From contig JAFGDV010000023.1 of the NCBI GenBank assembly GCA_016931955.1, forward strand, positions 1 to 37,879: a DNA stretch of 37,879 nucleotides. Direction: 5' to 3'. The stretch comes from Candidatus Altiarchaeota archaeon (GTDB lineage: Archaea; Altiarchaeota; Altiarchaeia; IMC4; QMZM01). Below the pieces are notes generated by a model that made no database searches, was not told where the DNA came from, and saw only the letters and a program-made list of their open reading frames with translations. Of the stretch, positions 36,714 through 37,879 are shown one piece after another. Numbering within the stretch: the stretch's first letter is position 1; the number at the start of each line of letters is the position of its first letter. A program made the translations under genes and the position numbers.

Positions 36714-37833
36714 GGAGTATGAGATCCTATCCCACCTACTGTTAAGCGGGGAAAAATCTGTAAAAGAAATAGCCGAGTTATTGAAGATATCGGAGACCTA
36801 CGCCTCCAAACTCACGGATAGGATGGAGCGAGAAAATCTGGTATCAAAGAAGAGATCCGGCAGACAGGTTATTGTAAAACCAAATACAAGCAGCCCCCTC
36901 GTCAAGGAATTCTCAAGATTCGTCGTCATCGTGGGAAACCACCCACCATACACGCCAAAGGATTTCCTAACACCCGAAAGCAAAAGAATAATAACCAAGT
37001 CACTAATCAAAAAACCAAAAAGCATCAAAGAGATAAAAAAAGAGACAAAATACTCGAGAGTCACCATAAACAAGACACTGAAATCCCTGAAAAAATCAGG
37101 GATCGTGAAAACAGAAGACAGAAGACCTAGGAAGTATCATACCACAGACAGCCCACTAACCAAGGCATTGACTCCGATAATAGAATACCTAGAACTAGGC
37201 ATACGATCAAAAAATGTGTTAAACAGGATAGCATCCGACCCCAGAACAGAAGCCTTAGTAGTATACGGCTCAGAGGTGTGGGGCAGAAAAGACGAACTCA
37301 GCGACGTAGATGCGTTTGTGGTCGTTGATTCACCAGAGAACGTAAAGGCTATTAAAGAATATGAGCAAGAAGGTTTAGAACTGAACGCATTCTCCAGGAA
37401 AGGCTTAGTCCATCTGATACGAAGAGAGCCGTGGTTTTTCAGGTTAATCCTCCAAGGCAAAATCCTGACCGGAGAAGACTTCTTGAAGGACATATCTGAT
37501 ACCCGATCAAAGGGAGACACAGGTGAAGTGGTTGGAGAGATAAAGGAAATGCTTGAGGGCTTAGATAGGATTACATCGACAGAAAAAGCCAAGATCCTTA
37601 TGTACTGTATAAGAAGCCTCCTTGTATTAAGATTACATCAAGAAGACAAACTGTCCTGGGAAAACTATTACAGGGAATTAGATAAGGAGTATCCACGATA
37701 CAAGGAGATAAGGAGGATGCGTCATGGTCTGGGAGAAGTCAAAGCCAAGGACATAGAAAACATAAGAGATAAACTGTTGAAGGAGATAGGATATGTCAAA
37801 AAAGAGCAGAAAAAAATCAGCAACAAGCCTTGA
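36712..37833 (+). CDS. tandem wHTH + nucleotidyltransferase (MNT-like) fusion protein
   Basis: Two ArsR/MarR-like HTH units, then YGSEVWGRKDELSDVDAFVV (GS-x10-DxD) and a helical tail; start refined from 36637. Confidence 0.85.
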   Translation: MEYEILSHLLLSGEKSVKEIAELLKISETYASKLTDRMERENLVSKKRSGRQVIVKPNTSSPLVKEFSRFVVIVGNHPPYTPKDFLTPESKRIITKSLIKKPKSIKEIKKETKYSRVTINKTLKSLKKSGIVKTEDRRPRKYHTTDSPLTKALTPIIEYLELGIRSKNVLNRIASDPRTEALVVYGSEVWGRKDELSDVDAFVVVDSPENVKAIKEYEQEGLELNAFSRKGLVHLIRREPWFFRLILQGKILTGEDFLKDISDTRSKGDTGEVVGEIKEMLEGLDRITSTEKAKILMYCIRSLLVLRLHQEDKLSWENYYRELDKEYPRYKEIRRMRHGLGEVKAKDIENIRDKLLKEIGYVKKEQKKISNKP

Positions 37834-37879
37834 AGCACAAGCCAGAGCACATGAGACACTCTACGGTAAAGACTGGTAT
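37793..37879 (+). CDS. 5' end of a CDS running off the right edge
   Basis: AGGAGA SD then MSKKSRKKSATSLEAQARAHETLYGKDWY..., overlapping the upstream gene end. Confidence 0.55.
   Translation, partial: MSKKSRKKSATSLEAQARAHETLYGKDWY

Noticed and set aside
1-37879. tRNA, rRNA, transposase or integrase genes
   Set aside because: None recognisable by eye; a covariance-model scan would be needed to exclude small RNAs

Overview
Archaeal genomic window. TATA-box promoters close to start codons, archaeal-type homocysteine synthesis genes and DPANN/Altiarchaeota-like Cys-repeat surface proteins point to this; the lineage is an inference. There are four zones. (1) 0-4.7 kb: a nucleotidyltransferase, two decayed gene remnants (a PEF-CTERM-like tail and a truncated MazG-like gene) and a type II R-M locus with a CCGG-family (BsaWI-like) endonuclease between two amino-methyltransferases. 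(2) 4.7-12.8 kb: a dense array of small accessory cassettes (YhcG nuclease, HicBA, MNT-HEPN, two RelE-like TA pairs, small membrane and Zn-finger proteins, two Cys-repeat surface proteins). Most junctions carry copies of the same degenerate repeats. (3) 12.9-25.5 kb: housekeeping genes, including leuC/hacA-like, an HTH-CBS regulator, the aspartate-semialdehyde sulfurtransferase cluster, MTA/purine salvage, a PurF homologue lacking Cys1 and a ClpP-class protease. (4) 25.5-36.6 kb: a candidate archaeal polymorphic toxin system. A 1348-aa adhesin-like protein is coupled to a 1663-aa secreted protein ending in a PD-(D/E)xK-like nuclease, followed by a putative immunity gene. Next come a second toxin/immunity cassette that shares a 149-bp pre-toxin repeat but has its own signal peptide, and a stub of a possible third cassette. 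A wHTH-nucleotidyltransferase gene ends the window. All family calls come from motif recognition by eye; no database searches were run.
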